A stretch of DNA of 64,000 nucleotides from Candidatus Ozemobacteraceae bacterium (GCA_965140445.1 OZ223236.1:4160001-4224000); one strand, 5' to 3'; positions 18,764 through 28,876 are shown, numbered from the stretch's first letter. Numbers and translations: made by a program. Notes: generated from the letters alone by a model not told the origin.

Positions 18764-20038
18764 ATGTTAAAAAAATTATCGATAAATATTTTGAACGCTT
18801 TTATAGTTCTGCTTCTCCTGGACATATTCTTTTCCGCTGCCGATGCGGTATTGATTTTCGGTTTTAACACTGGTGGCTTTTTCGCGATCAGAGGCCTGAT
18901 TTCGATAGGTCTTGCTTTGTCTTCAATTCTTGCTGCAGGGATTGTTTTTACTTTTGCAGGTCTTCCATGGGCCCCAATATTATTGGGAATCAACCTGGCA
19001 ATCACGAAAATCGTATGGATATCATCCTGCTTCAACCCCACATCGGTTCAGCCAGGTTCAGAGCTAATTGCCAATCTCTTTTTTATAGGGGGCGTTTTAC
19101 TATTTGGCTGGAGGATAAAGCATTTTAATAATCAGTCTAATGTCCTTCTTTCACCTGAGCTTTCATCAGAAATTACCTTCAGGCTTAAACATTCTCTAAA
19201 AATCCTGGCAATTTTTTTCATTGCAGTTATTCCAATTCAAGTTTGTGCGGCTGTTTTTATAGCGGGTTTTCGCCTTTCAGAAAGCACGCATGGGTTCGTT
19301 TATGCAAAACCAGACGGACTCTATGCTATGCAAAGAACCTATAAAAAGCAAAATACCGAACTACAATTAACTGGAATGGTTCATATTGCCTCTGCTGATT
19401 TTTACAAAGGCATAGAAAAAGACCTGGCAGGAGAGAAGACTCTTCTTTTAATGGAGGGCGTGTCTGATAAACAAAAATTAATCACAAACCCACCTGATTA
19501 CGCAGCAATATCGAGTTCGATTGGACTGGACAACCAAAAGAATGAATTTGATATTGACGAGAGCAAGCTAAACATCACCAAAATGAATGCAGACGTTGAT
19601 GTTTCCGATTTTGCATCTTCCACAATTCAGGTCTTAAACCTTATTGGGCAGGCTAAAAATAAAAAGGGATTCAATTTTGAGAGATTCCTGGAGCTGAACC
19701 TGATGGCAGGCAGACCAGAAGTTGCAATGACGCTTTTCAATGACATTCTCACCAAGCGAAATCAAAAGGTAATTGGTTTAATAGATGAAAACACCGGTAA
19801 ATTTAATCGCATTGTCGTCCCATGGGGTGCCTTTCATCTTCCGGAAATTCAGACCTGGGCTCTGGCAAATGGTTTTGTGGCTTTAAAGCAAAAAGAAAGA
19901 CGAGTTTTTAGCTTTAAAACAGTTTTGGCAAGCTTTGTGAATAAAACAGCCAAGAAATTGCCACAAGAGCCTCAAAAAGAAGCAATCATTTCTCCTCCAA
20001 AAATAGAAGATTCAGCCCCGGAGAAAGAAAAACTCTAA
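18764..20038 (+). CDS. Membrane protein with TraB/GumN-like C-terminal domain
   Basis: 4-5 N-terminal TM; GMVHIA, MEGV, KRN and WGAFHL motifs. Confidence 0.55.
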   Translation: MLKKLSINILNAFIVLLLLDIFFSAADAVLIFGFNTGGFFAIRGLISIGLALSSILAAGIVFTFAGLPWAPILLGINLAITKIVWISSCFNPTSVQPGSELIANLFFIGGVLLFGWRIKHFNNQSNVLLSPELSSEITFRLKHSLKILAIFFIAVIPIQVCAAVFIAGFRLSESTHGFVYAKPDGLYAMQRTYKKQNTELQLTGMVHIASADFYKGIEKDLAGEKTLLLMEGVSDKQKLITNPPDYAAISSSIGLDNQKNEFDIDESKLNITKMNADVDVSDFASSTIQVLNLIGQAKNKKGFNFERFLELNLMAGRPEVAMTLFNDILTKRNQKVIGLIDENTGKFNRIVVPWGAFHLPEIQTWALANGFVALKQKERRVFSFKTVLASFVNKTAKKLPQEPQKEAIISPPKIEDSAPEKEKL

Positions 20039-20060
20039 ACAACCAGATGGAGCCACGCCA

Positions 20061-20993
20061 ATGGAAATCAAAATACCTGATTCATCAAGCCCCTCCTTTT
20101 TTAATGAACTCATAAATCTGGGACAAATTTTTGAGGAAAAGGTTCGCCCTGGCTGTGAGTTTGACCTGATGCAAAGCCCAAATCATATTTGGGAGCAAAT
20201 TCAAGCCCAAATGCTCGCTAGTTTAGATAAGTTTTGTAATAGCAAAACCTGTCCCAATGGAGTTGAAATGCTTCAATGGTATAATTCCGGAGTTTTTATC
20301 AGAACCAGCACAGTTTCGATAGGATTCGATATTCTTCCTATTCCCAGGTTTTACAATTGGAAAGAACCCGAAAACCTTTCAGAGCAAATTGCCAGCGAGC
20401 TAGACATCTTATGTATCACCCACTCGCATGAAGATCATTTTGATGAAATACTAATAAACAAGATGCTTGATCTAAAAAAGCCAGTATTAATTGACTCCGC
20501 CGCAATCCCCGAAAAAATGAATAAGCTTGATTTCAAAAAATGTGCTGAAAATCAGGTGTTTGATATTAACGAAACAAAATTCTATTCACATAAGGCTTTC
20601 CATGTGTGGAGGGATCATATAGACAGCGTTCCTTTAAGCTATTTTGAAGTGTCGCTACCCAATGGTTTTAACTTTATCTTTAGTGGTGATGCGGACTACA
20701 CAAAGATTTTCTCAAAAACACTCTCAAAAATTGATCTTTTATTTATTCCATGGCGTAACCCCAACAAGCTTTATGAAGATGGGCACCCGGAACAAATAGG
20801 AAACACAATAGACGCGATCGAGATTGCAGAAAAACGCATTTCTCCTGATAAAATAATCCTGGAGCACTATGGAGAGCTGGACCATATTTATAAGGGATTC
20901 AACCATAGTTTTGATCTGGCAGAAAAACTTGTTCAGGAGCTAAAAACGAATACAGAAATTCTATTTTGGGGCAATAGAAAAACATTAAAGTAG
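20061..20993 (+). CDS. Metallo-beta-lactamase fold hydrolase
   Basis: THSHEDH, FSGD and EHY motifs. Confidence 0.8.
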   Translation: MEIKIPDSSSPSFFNELINLGQIFEEKVRPGCEFDLMQSPNHIWEQIQAQMLASLDKFCNSKTCPNGVEMLQWYNSGVFIRTSTVSIGFDILPIPRFYNWKEPENLSEQIASELDILCITHSHEDHFDEILINKMLDLKKPVLIDSAAIPEKMNKLDFKKCAENQVFDINETKFYSHKAFHVWRDHIDSVPLSYFEVSLPNGFNFIFSGDADYTKIFSKTLSKIDLLFIPWRNPNKLYEDGHPEQIGNTIDAIEIAEKRISPDKIILEHYGELDHIYKGFNHSFDLAEKLVQELKTNTEILFWGNRKTLK

Positions 20994-21000
20994 CCGAAAG

Positions 21001-21978
21001 TTAGTTTTTCTCAGACAATCCTTCTGGCACGTTTAAGGGCTTTTCATTAGATTTCCTGTTAAATGAAACCAATTTGCCAAGGGACCAAAATCCAGTTGAT
21101 AAAGACGTGCCTGCAAGAATTACAACGCATCCCAAAACCATTTTCAAGGTTATAACTTCGCTGAGAAAGATCCTCCCCCATAGTAGACCAAATACCGGTA
21201 TAAGGAAGGTTACTGCGGTTGCCTGAGCTGGCCCCACTTTTGAAATCAAGCGATAGTAAATAATAAAAGCCCAGCCCGTGCAAATGAACCCCAAAGCGGT
21301 AGCACAAAGCCAGGAAAAAGACGTTGGATTGGTTTTGGGCCAGTAAAAGGAAGCCAGAGGCAGACATACCACCGCTGCTGCTAACAGACTAGCAGTAGCA
21401 ATAACCAAAGGTTCAACATTCTTGAGAAATCGACGGGTATAATTGGCGGAGAAACCATAGCTAAAAGTGGCTATAGTAGCAGCTAGCACCGCAGGCCCCG
21501 TTCCCTCGCCGTTAAATGAAAGTTTATCCCAGACCAGCGACACAACTCCCGAAAAACCAATAATCAATCCAATTATTCGGGACCAGTTAAGGCGCTCTTT
21601 AAGCCATAAAAAGGCAACTATTGCCCCAAACATTGGGACCATAGCATTTAGAATAGAAGCAAACCCTCCCGGAAGATGTAATGTAGCATAGGCCAACAAA
21701 ACAAAGGGAACAGCAGCATTTAATATACCCACAACCAGCATATGCAGTTTATTCTGAGCAAGTTGTTTTACGTTCCCCTGGATAAACAAAACAGACAAAA
21801 GAAATAGGGCAGCAATTCCCATTCTGATCTCTACTAATGGAATAGCGCCAAATTCCGGGGTTGTGTATCTCATAAAAATAAATGAAGCGCCCCAGAAAGA
21901 GCCTAACAGGATAAAATCAAACAAATCTCTTATATTCACACTGACGTCCAACAATAGATTGATGAGTGAATCTAGCAT
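21001..21978 (-). CDS. DMT/EamA family transporter
   Basis: FWGASF, ASILNA and TFLIPVFG motifs; 10 TM. Confidence 0.92.
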   Translation of the reverse strand: MLDSLINLLLDVSVNIRDLFDFILLGSFWGASFIFMRYTTPEFGAIPLVEIRMGIAALFLLSVLFIQGNVKQLAQNKLHMLVVGILNAAVPFVLLAYATLHLPGGFASILNAMVPMFGAIVAFLWLKERLNWSRIIGLIIGFSGVVSLVWDKLSFNGEGTGPAVLAATIATFSYGFSANYTRRFLKNVEPLVIATASLLAAAVVCLPLASFYWPKTNPTSFSWLCATALGFICTGWAFIIYYRLISKVGPAQATAVTFLIPVFGLLWGRIFLSEVITLKMVLGCVVILAGTSLSTGFWSLGKLVSFNRKSNEKPLNVPEGLSEKN

Positions 21979-22115
21979 TAAACTTTTAATTTTTCTATTA
22001 ATTTTAGTTTAATCAGTATAAAGAGCTGATTTTTTCTTATTTTCTCTCAAAAAATTTTTACCAAAGCAGCTTTTGCAAATTTCAGCACGCGCAGTAATAC
22101 TTTAAAATATTTTTA

Positions 22116-22144
22116 TTGACTATTTGGCATATGCCAATTACAAT
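22116..22144 (+). promoter_or_regulatory. Sigma70 promoter with palindromic operator in the spacer
   Basis: TTGACT (22116)-17 nt-TACAAT (22139); perfect 14-bp palindrome TTGGCATATGCCAA at 22124-22137. Confidence 0.8.
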
Positions 22145-22172
22145 CAAGATAACTTAAAAAAGGGAATACAAA

Positions 22173-22601
22173 GTGAGACCTAAGCGTTGCAGAAAAATTG
22201 GTGGAGATTTCTACTCAGGCGTAATGAAACCTTCGGGGATTCCAAAATGCCAATTGGAAGAGGTTTTTCTATGTCTGGATGAAATTGAAGCCATAAGGCT
22301 TGTAGATCTGGAACAGCTTTACCAATCTGACGCTGCTGAACAAATGCACATCTCGAGGCAAACTCTTGGAAATATCATAAAAAAGGCACATCAGAAAATA
22401 GCTGATGCCCTTATAAATGGTAAAGCACTTAGACTTGAAACACCTAAGGACTCGAGTATGTCCGGACAATTCATGTTCTGCCCAGCTTGCGGTAGCACGT
22501 TTCAAGACGAATCGGTCTGTCCAAGCTGTGATAGCGAAAAGGTTGAGAAAAATGAAAACCTTGATTCAGCAGGGTTTAAAAAAAAGGAGTCCAAAAAATG
22601 A
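22173..22601 (+). CDS. DUF134 family DNA-binding protein with C-terminal Zn ribbon
   Basis: RPKRCR, DEIEAIRLVD, AAEQMHISRQT, KIADAL; CPAC...CPSC. Confidence 0.92.
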   Translation: MRPKRCRKIGGDFYSGVMKPSGIPKCQLEEVFLCLDEIEAIRLVDLEQLYQSDAAEQMHISRQTLGNIIKKAHQKIADALINGKALRLETPKDSSMSGQFMFCPACGSTFQDESVCPSCDSEKVEKNENLDSAGFKKKESKK

Positions 22602-22963
22602 AAATTGCAATATCAGCAAGTGAAAAGGGATTAAAATCTCCTGTCGACATGCGCTTCGGTCGTGCAAATTTGTTTGTTTGCTATGATACCGATACCAAAG
22701 AAACAACCTATCACAATAACTCTCAAAATCTTAATGCCGCTCAGGGAGCAGGCATACAGGCTGCACAAACAGTCGCAAATCTTGACGTTGCCGCTGTAAT
22801 TACCGGACACTGTGGACCAAAAGCGTTCAAGGTTCTTCAAACAGCTCAAGTAGCCATCTATTATGTAAAAACAGGAATTCCAGTAGAAGAAGCTATTCAA
22901 TTACTGGCAGATGGAAAACTTAGTTTAGCAAAAGGAGCCGACGTTGAAAGCCACTGGGTCTAA
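22598..22963 (+). CDS. NifB/NifX (MTH1175/ORP-like) family protein
   Basis: RFGRA, AQGAGIQAAQ and GHCGPKAF motifs. Confidence 0.92.
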   Translation: MKIAISASEKGLKSPVDMRFGRANLFVCYDTDTKETTYHNNSQNLNAAQGAGIQAAQTVANLDVAAVITGHCGPKAFKVLQTAQVAIYYVKTGIPVEEAIQLLADGKLSLAKGADVESHWV

Positions 22964-24782
22964 TTTACAAATAGCTGTTTGTAGCGGAAAAGGTGGAACT
23001 GGAAAAACTGCAGTTGCTCTTAGTCTCGCCTATAGTCTGGGCAAAAGCAAAGAATTTCAGCTTCCGGTAAGGCTTTTGGATGCTGATGTAGAGGAACCTA
23101 ATTCACATCTTTTCTTGTCTCCAGGCTATAATTTAAAATCTGAAGTTGTAGCTGTAAAACCTGAATGGGATATGACAAAGTGCATCGGTTGTGGTAAATG
23201 CGCAAAAAAATGCCGCTATAATGCAATTGCTGTTGTAAAAGGGCAGCCAATTTTGTTTCCGGAACTTTGTCATTCATGTGGAACCTGTGAGGCAATTTGT
23301 CCTTATGATGCCATAAATCTCATCCCCGAAAAGATTGGTGAAATTCATCTGGATGAAAATCTGGAACCATTCAGTTTTGGCATGGGTTTGCTTAAAATTG
23401 GTGAATCGCTTGCGCCTAAAGTCATACAAACTCTCAAAAATCACTCATTGCAGGAAGGCATAACCATTCTTGATGGCCCCCCCGGCTGCGCTTGTTCTGC
23501 TATGACAACGATCAGGGGAGCTTCTGGAGCTTTGCTTGTAACTGAACCAACGAAATTTGGGCATCATGATCTTGAAGCAACATTAAAGCTTTGTGCACAA
23601 CTTTCAATTCCAGTTGCGGTATTAATAAATCGTTCTGATGATGGTGATTCTATAATTGAAGAACTTTGTCGCGAATATTCCATAAAGATTGCAGGAAAAA
23701 TCCCTTTCAGTAGGGATTATGCCACTACTTGCTCAAAAGGAAATATTCTTTCGGCCTCCCATCCAGAAATAGCTCCGATTATGCTTGAAGCTTTTAAAAC
23801 ACTTGTTACGGCTATCCAGGAAAACAATATTCCAGTAGTACCCCAGAAAAGGTCTGAAGTAATACTTCATGACCAACCCATAACACCAGGCTCTGGTAGT
23901 AGTGATTATACTGAAGTTACAATCCTGAGTGGCAAGGGGGGAACTGGAAAAACAACAGTTTCAGCGGCATTTGCATCATTAGCTCCTGACAGAGTGTTTT
24001 CTGATTGCGATGTTGATGCGGCCAACCTTCACCTTTTAATGGGTGGCAAAACATGGATGCGGAAAGAGATTTCTGCTGGTCAAACCGCCCAGATAAATCC
24101 AAGATTATGTAACAACGACGGAAAATGCGCAGAAATGTGTAGTTTCAATGCCATCCACAAAGATCCTCAAACAGGCAAATTTAAGGTTTCAGAAATTGAA
24201 TGTGAAGGTTGCGGACTTTGCTATGAGATATGTCCAACCAAAGCAATCTCAATGATACCAGCAATTACGGGACACCTGATGTCGACCCAGAATAATAAGG
24301 GCTGTCTTATCCATGCAGAACTTGGAACAGGTGCTGAAAATTCTGGGAAACTGGTAACCGTAGTAAGAAACCAGGCCATCGATTATGCCAGGCAAAAAAG
24401 CAAAAAATGGATCATCTCCGATGGTCCACCAGGTATTGCATGCCCTGCAATCGCATCCTTAACGGGTACAGACCATGTAATTATAGTAACAGAGCCATCT
24501 GTAGCAGCAATACATGATTTGAAAAGAATTTTAGATCTGGCAAGGCACTTTGGCCTGAAACCGGAAATAATAATTAATAAATCTGACCTTTATCCATCTG
24601 GCACAGAGACTATAAAAAAACTGGCAAACAACAACAATTACCACGTATTGGGTGAAGTACCCTTCGACGAATCAATAAAAGATTCTCTCAATGAAGGGGT
24701 AGCAATAGTTGATTATAACTCAGGACCAGCATCAATGGCCCTAAAACAAATCTGGAACAGTTTTGAAAGGAACAAATCATGA
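22944..24782 (+). CDS. Tandem fusion of two MinD-superfamily P-loop ATPases with inserted ferredoxins (COG1149-like)
   Basis: Two SGKGGTGKT, two ferredoxin pairs, two DGPPG and two VTEP motifs; TTG start with AGGAG RBS. Confidence 0.9.
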   Translation: MKATGSNLQIAVCSGKGGTGKTAVALSLAYSLGKSKEFQLPVRLLDADVEEPNSHLFLSPGYNLKSEVVAVKPEWDMTKCIGCGKCAKKCRYNAIAVVKGQPILFPELCHSCGTCEAICPYDAINLIPEKIGEIHLDENLEPFSFGMGLLKIGESLAPKVIQTLKNHSLQEGITILDGPPGCACSAMTTIRGASGALLVTEPTKFGHHDLEATLKLCAQLSIPVAVLINRSDDGDSIIEELCREYSIKIAGKIPFSRDYATTCSKGNILSASHPEIAPIMLEAFKTLVTAIQENNIPVVPQKRSEVILHDQPITPGSGSSDYTEVTILSGKGGTGKTTVSAAFASLAPDRVFSDCDVDAANLHLLMGGKTWMRKEISAGQTAQINPRLCNNDGKCAEMCSFNAIHKDPQTGKFKVSEIECEGCGLCYEICPTKAISMIPAITGHLMSTQNNKGCLIHAELGTGAENSGKLVTVVRNQAIDYARQKSKKWIISDGPPGIACPAIASLTGTDHVIIVTEPSVAAIHDLKRILDLARHFGLKPEIIINKSDLYPSGTETIKKLANNNNYHVLGEVPFDESIKDSLNEGVAIVDYNSGPASMALKQIWNSFERNKS

Positions 24783-25114
24783 AAATCGCGATCCCCGTAG
24801 CTGAAGAGAAACTTTGCATGCATTTTGGTCATTGCCAGGTATTCCACATTTTTCAAATTGAAAATAACAAAATACTTGGTGTGGAAAAACTGACCCCACC
24901 TCCACACGAACCAGGTGTTTTACCTAAATGGCTTGGAGAACAGAAAGTTAATGTTATCCTGGCTGGTGGAATGGGAGTAAAAGCTCAGCAACTTTTTGCA
25001 GCACAAAACATCGAAGTAGTCACTGGTATCCAGGGTGAATTAAACCCCGAAAAGCTTGTAGAACTGTACATCAAAGACAACCTTACGATTGGTCAGAACG
25101 CCTGTTCACATTAG
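24779..25114 (+). CDS. NifB/NifX family protein
   Basis: HFGHC, PPPHEPG, AGGMG and C-terminal NACSH. Confidence 0.92.
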   Translation: MKIAIPVAEEKLCMHFGHCQVFHIFQIENNKILGVEKLTPPPHEPGVLPKWLGEQKVNVILAGGMGVKAQQLFAAQNIEVVTGIQGELNPEKLVELYIKDNLTIGQNACSH

Positions 25115-25145
25115 GCTTTTAACCAATCGGCTATTTCTCTGTCAT

Positions 25146-25182
25146 TCCTGCAGAGCCCTTGGGTTCTGCGGGGATTTTTTTT
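25146..25182 (+). terminator. Intrinsic terminator of the DUF134 operon
   Basis: CCTGCAGAGCCC...GGGTTCTGCGGG followed by T run. Confidence 0.8.
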
Positions 25183-25286
25183 CTAATCAAAATACCGCAA
25201 AAATAGATTAAACAGGAGGTACCCTATTGTTTTATTTTTTTCTCAATTACTGCTAGAATAGAAAAAAAAATTCTGGAGAGTAATTA

Positions 25287-28200
25287 ATGCAAAAAGCTAC
25301 CTGGTATAAAGCCGCTTTTTTTTTGGCTTTAGTTTCCCTGGCCCTACTTTCGGGCTGCAACCTTTTTAATCCTAACAGTAACGACACAAATGAAACGGGC
25401 TCAAGTATAAGTCCTGCAGCATCATTAAATCTAAAATTTGTCGTCCCAAACAGCAACGACAAGCTCGCAGGAAGCACAGCGATAAGAGCTCAAACAACCT
25501 CTACCAGAGTAAAAATAATTCTTACTGTTGTAAAAACAGGATATGCAAATGCAAAACCAGCAATTCTGGTTAAATTTGCAACTCCGGATTCCAGCGGAAA
25601 TGCCACGGTTAACTTTGAAAATATTCCTGTTGGTGCCGCACTAGCTAAAATTCAAATTGAAAGCGGACACATTCAAGGCTGGACAGACTTTCAAGGTGCT
25701 TCGGATCTAGCTGCAGGCAGCAACGTTATGGAAGTTGCCCCGGCAGGCTCCAGAATGGAGGCTGACCTTCTGGCCGGAGCCCTGGAAGACGCAATAAAAA
25801 ATAGCACCATCATGGCTGCTGCAGGCGCTCAGACGGTTACAAATCTACGCAACGCCCTTTCCTCAATCGATACTCAGGCGGACAATCCATATTCTAAGGT
25901 TTTAAACCTTCTCATCACTCAGCTATCCCCAGCAGGAATGATAAGGGTTGTGGCGGATAATACTGCTAAGACGCTAACAGGTTTCAATGGAACTAGTCAG
26001 GCATGGCAAAAAACATATTCTGCAGTCTGGACTGGAACAGACAGCATTTTGGGAATCAGCTCAGCAAACCTTACTGCCACGAGAATAGTCCGACAAGGAT
26101 TCGGTAATTTTTCAATGGTTGAGTGGCGTGATGCGACTACGGGCTACGCTATTTTAACGACTCACAAGAATACAGATGGCGAAGGTCAGATGCTTTTTGG
26201 ACACTACGGCAAATTTGATCAGGTTCTCCCCATATCAGACACGGTTTTTGTTGCAGGCGCTTATAGCATAAAAAATAGCTGCCCTGCTTTGTATAAATGG
26301 GATACAGGTAAAAACGCCTACCCTGCCAATTCAACCTCCGATCCTTCTAACCTTGAATGGCAAAGAATTTTTACCAACCATACCTATTCTTCAACCCCTA
26401 CCACAGGCTCAGCGATATCTAACATTAGAATCGATGATTCTAAAAATATGACCGTTATTGTTAAACTTTCTGATGGAACTGTGCGAGCCTACCGTGTTGC
26501 TATTTCAGACGGCACAGCAACTTCATTAGCTACAACTGTTACACCAAACAAACCTCCAACTGTTGCAATAACAGCTCCTGCCAATGCAAGCTCCTATGCA
26601 GCAACAGAAACAATAGCTATTACAACAAATGCAGCAGATGCTGACGGAAGCATATCTCAGGTTCAGTTCTTTGCTGGAACCGCCCAAATTGGAACTGCCA
26701 CAGCTTCGCCATGGTCTATAAACTGGTCGGGAATGGCAACTGGAACTTACCAGCTTGTTGCCAGAGCCTGGGACAATCTTGGTTTTTCAGCTCTCTCAAG
26801 TCCTGTTCAAGTTACAATTACAGGAACCGCTGTAGCAGCCAATCAATCGCCAACAGTTTCTATAACCGCTCCAACTTCAGGAGCAACATATACTGCTGGA
26901 GATTCAATCGCAATTACTGCAACTGCAATTGACTCTGATGGCGCAATAAGCAAAGTTGAGTTCTATAACGGCTCGACCCTTCTTGAAACAGACACCGCCG
27001 CGCCTTATAGCTATACCTGGGCTTCCGTTTCAGCTGGTTCATATAGCATTACTGCCAAAGCTTATGATAATAAGGATGCAACGACAACATCAACGGCAAT
27101 TTCAGTGACAGTTAATGCCCCATCTGTTTCTTTGCCAGATCTGGTTATAACAGAAATCAGCAGCTATCAGTATTCAAACAATCCAAGATGGATTGAACTT
27201 AAAAACACCACTAATTCTGCTCTTCAACTTTCTGACTATTCAATCAAAGCACTGCAGAATGATGGAACAAACCTCACAAACGAAGTTACCTTCCCGCTTC
27301 CAGCTTATTCTCTGGCCGCCAATTCGTATGTAGTTGTCAGGTATAAAACCGGAGACTATCAATATACTGGCCCAGGACTGGTACACTTTGCAACTAATGG
27401 TGCAGGACAGGTCCCATACTGGGGTGAATATGGCTATTTTAATCTGATTAAAAATAGCGACAGCTCAACCATGGATTTTGTCAAGTTTGGCAATGTTGAT
27501 CAATACTCTAATACAATTCCAACCATCCCATCAGGTCAGTGGTCAGGAAATGCAGCAACAGCTCTTCCAGCCACCCTGGGTTATGCTCTAGCAAGGAATA
27601 TGTCAGAAGCAGACAACAATACCGCTTCCAACTGGACAGTAAGAGGATTCTTAACTCCAGGAGCTTTCAATGACGCCACCTCAGACACTGATGCCGATGG
27701 CGATGGTATTCCAGATGAAAGCGAAGTTTCAGGAAAAACTTACTGCGGAATGCCTCTATATGACTGGGGCGCTAGACCTGGTGTTAAGGATATCTTTGTT
27801 CACATCGATTACATGGACCCAACCAGTTCTGCAAATGCATTGGCTCACACCCCGAATAAAACAGGTCTGGATCGTATTGTAGCTGCGTTTGCTAAACGTG
27901 GGTTTGCAATTCACTTTGACGTGGGAACATTACTTGGATCTGGCATTGCTAACTACAACATGGATAATCGTGACCACAAAGTTGGCTATCTTGCTGAAGT
28001 CTCTATGGACCCGACTTCTGGCGTTAAAACTATTTATCAATATAAAGTAGAAAGCCTTCCTATCTACAAGACTCCAGTGTTTCATTATTGTTTGCTATCA
28101 AATAAAATCCATAACACCTCAGCAAGTGGACTTGGAGAACTGGGTGGAAATGACTTTATTGTAGCTATAGGCGGCTCAACCCTTGCCAACTCAACGGATG

Positions 28201-28856
28201 CAGAAAAAAATCTCTGGGCTAACAATCAGGGAAGTACCATCATGCATGAACTTGGACACAATCTTGGTTTAAAACATGGAGGGGATGAAGATACAAACTA
28301 TAAACCAAACTATCTGAGCCTCATGAACTATCTCTATTCAAATCTTGGAGTTTCAGATCCTGCTAACACAAAAGCCGGTGATAGATATTATCATCAAATG
28401 TACGCAAAAGATGGATTTAACAGCTCTTCTGTTTGGGCAAAATACTTTAACGGAACAGGCAGTTCATGGGAACAGCTTCACAATGGACCTTACACCGCTG
28501 ATTTCGTTTTTGATTTTTCCAGTAAAACAGCTTCGGATCTAAATGAGGGAAATCTTGTAGAATCGGCGGGACTTGGAGTGTCTGGCGGAGCAGCTGTTGA
28601 TTGGAATGGAGATGGGGACAAAATTGATAGTTTATCCTATAACATCAACCCAAGCGGAGACTCTACTCTTGGCAATCTTCATGATTATAATGACTGGCAG
28701 GCGATCAACATTAAATTCATGAATCAATTCAGTGGTGCAGGATCAATTAGAGCATCAGTTCTAACTGGCACCGCCAGACCAAGAAAAGATTACCTGTGCG
28801 ATGAATTCCAGGAAGTAGTTGAATGTCAAATGCCTCCTTGCGGGCACAAACATTGA
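25287..28856 (+). CDS. Large lipoprotein: two Ig-like domains, lamin-tail domain and metzincin peptidase
   Basis: Lipobox LSGC; NKPPTVAIT and NQSPTVSIT repeats; LVITEI...WIELKN; DADGDG; HELGHNLGLKH. Confidence 0.85.
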   Translation: MQKATWYKAAFFLALVSLALLSGCNLFNPNSNDTNETGSSISPAASLNLKFVVPNSNDKLAGSTAIRAQTTSTRVKIILTVVKTGYANAKPAILVKFATPDSSGNATVNFENIPVGAALAKIQIESGHIQGWTDFQGASDLAAGSNVMEVAPAGSRMEADLLAGALEDAIKNSTIMAAAGAQTVTNLRNALSSIDTQADNPYSKVLNLLITQLSPAGMIRVVADNTAKTLTGFNGTSQAWQKTYSAVWTGTDSILGISSANLTATRIVRQGFGNFSMVEWRDATTGYAILTTHKNTDGEGQMLFGHYGKFDQVLPISDTVFVAGAYSIKNSCPALYKWDTGKNAYPANSTSDPSNLEWQRIFTNHTYSSTPTTGSAISNIRIDDSKNMTVIVKLSDGTVRAYRVAISDGTATSLATTVTPNKPPTVAITAPANASSYAATETIAITTNAADADGSISQVQFFAGTAQIGTATASPWSINWSGMATGTYQLVARAWDNLGFSALSSPVQVTITGTAVAANQSPTVSITAPTSGATYTAGDSIAITATAIDSDGAISKVEFYNGSTLLETDTAAPYSYTWASVSAGSYSITAKAYDNKDATTTSTAISVTVNAPSVSLPDLVITEISSYQYSNNPRWIELKNTTNSALQLSDYSIKALQNDGTNLTNEVTFPLPAYSLAANSYVVVRYKTGDYQYTGPGLVHFATNGAGQVPYWGEYGYFNLIKNSDSSTMDFVKFGNVDQYSNTIPTIPSGQWSGNAATALPATLGYALARNMSEADNNTASNWTVRGFLTPGAFNDATSDTDADGDGIPDESEVSGKTYCGMPLYDWGARPGVKDIFVHIDYMDPTSSANALAHTPNKTGLDRIVAAFAKRGFAIHFDVGTLLGSGIANYNMDNRDHKVGYLAEVSMDPTSGVKTIYQYKVESLPIYKTPVFHYCLLSNKIHNTSASGLGELGGNDFIVAIGGSTLANSTDAEKNLWANNQGSTIMHELGHNLGLKHGGDEDTNYKPNYLSLMNYLYSNLGVSDPANTKAGDRYYHQMYAKDGFNSSSVWAKYFNGTGSSWEQLHNGPYTADFVFDFSSKTASDLNEGNLVESAGLGVSGGAAVDWNGDGDKIDSLSYNINPSGDSTLGNLHDYNDWQAINIKFMNQFSGAGSIRASVLTGTARPRKDYLCDEFQEVVECQMPPCGHKH
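26547..27116 (+). repeat. Two tandem Ig-like (Big_7-type) coding repeats
   Basis: Units start at 26547 and 26841 (294-nt period); DADGSISQVQF vs DSDGAISKVEF. Confidence 0.8.
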
Positions 28857-28876
28857 TATAGACTGATTTTTCACAC

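Noticed and set aside
22124..22141. Sigma-54 promoter at TTGGCA upstream of DUF134
   Set aside because: No GC at the -12 position; better explained as a palindrome in a sigma70 spacer
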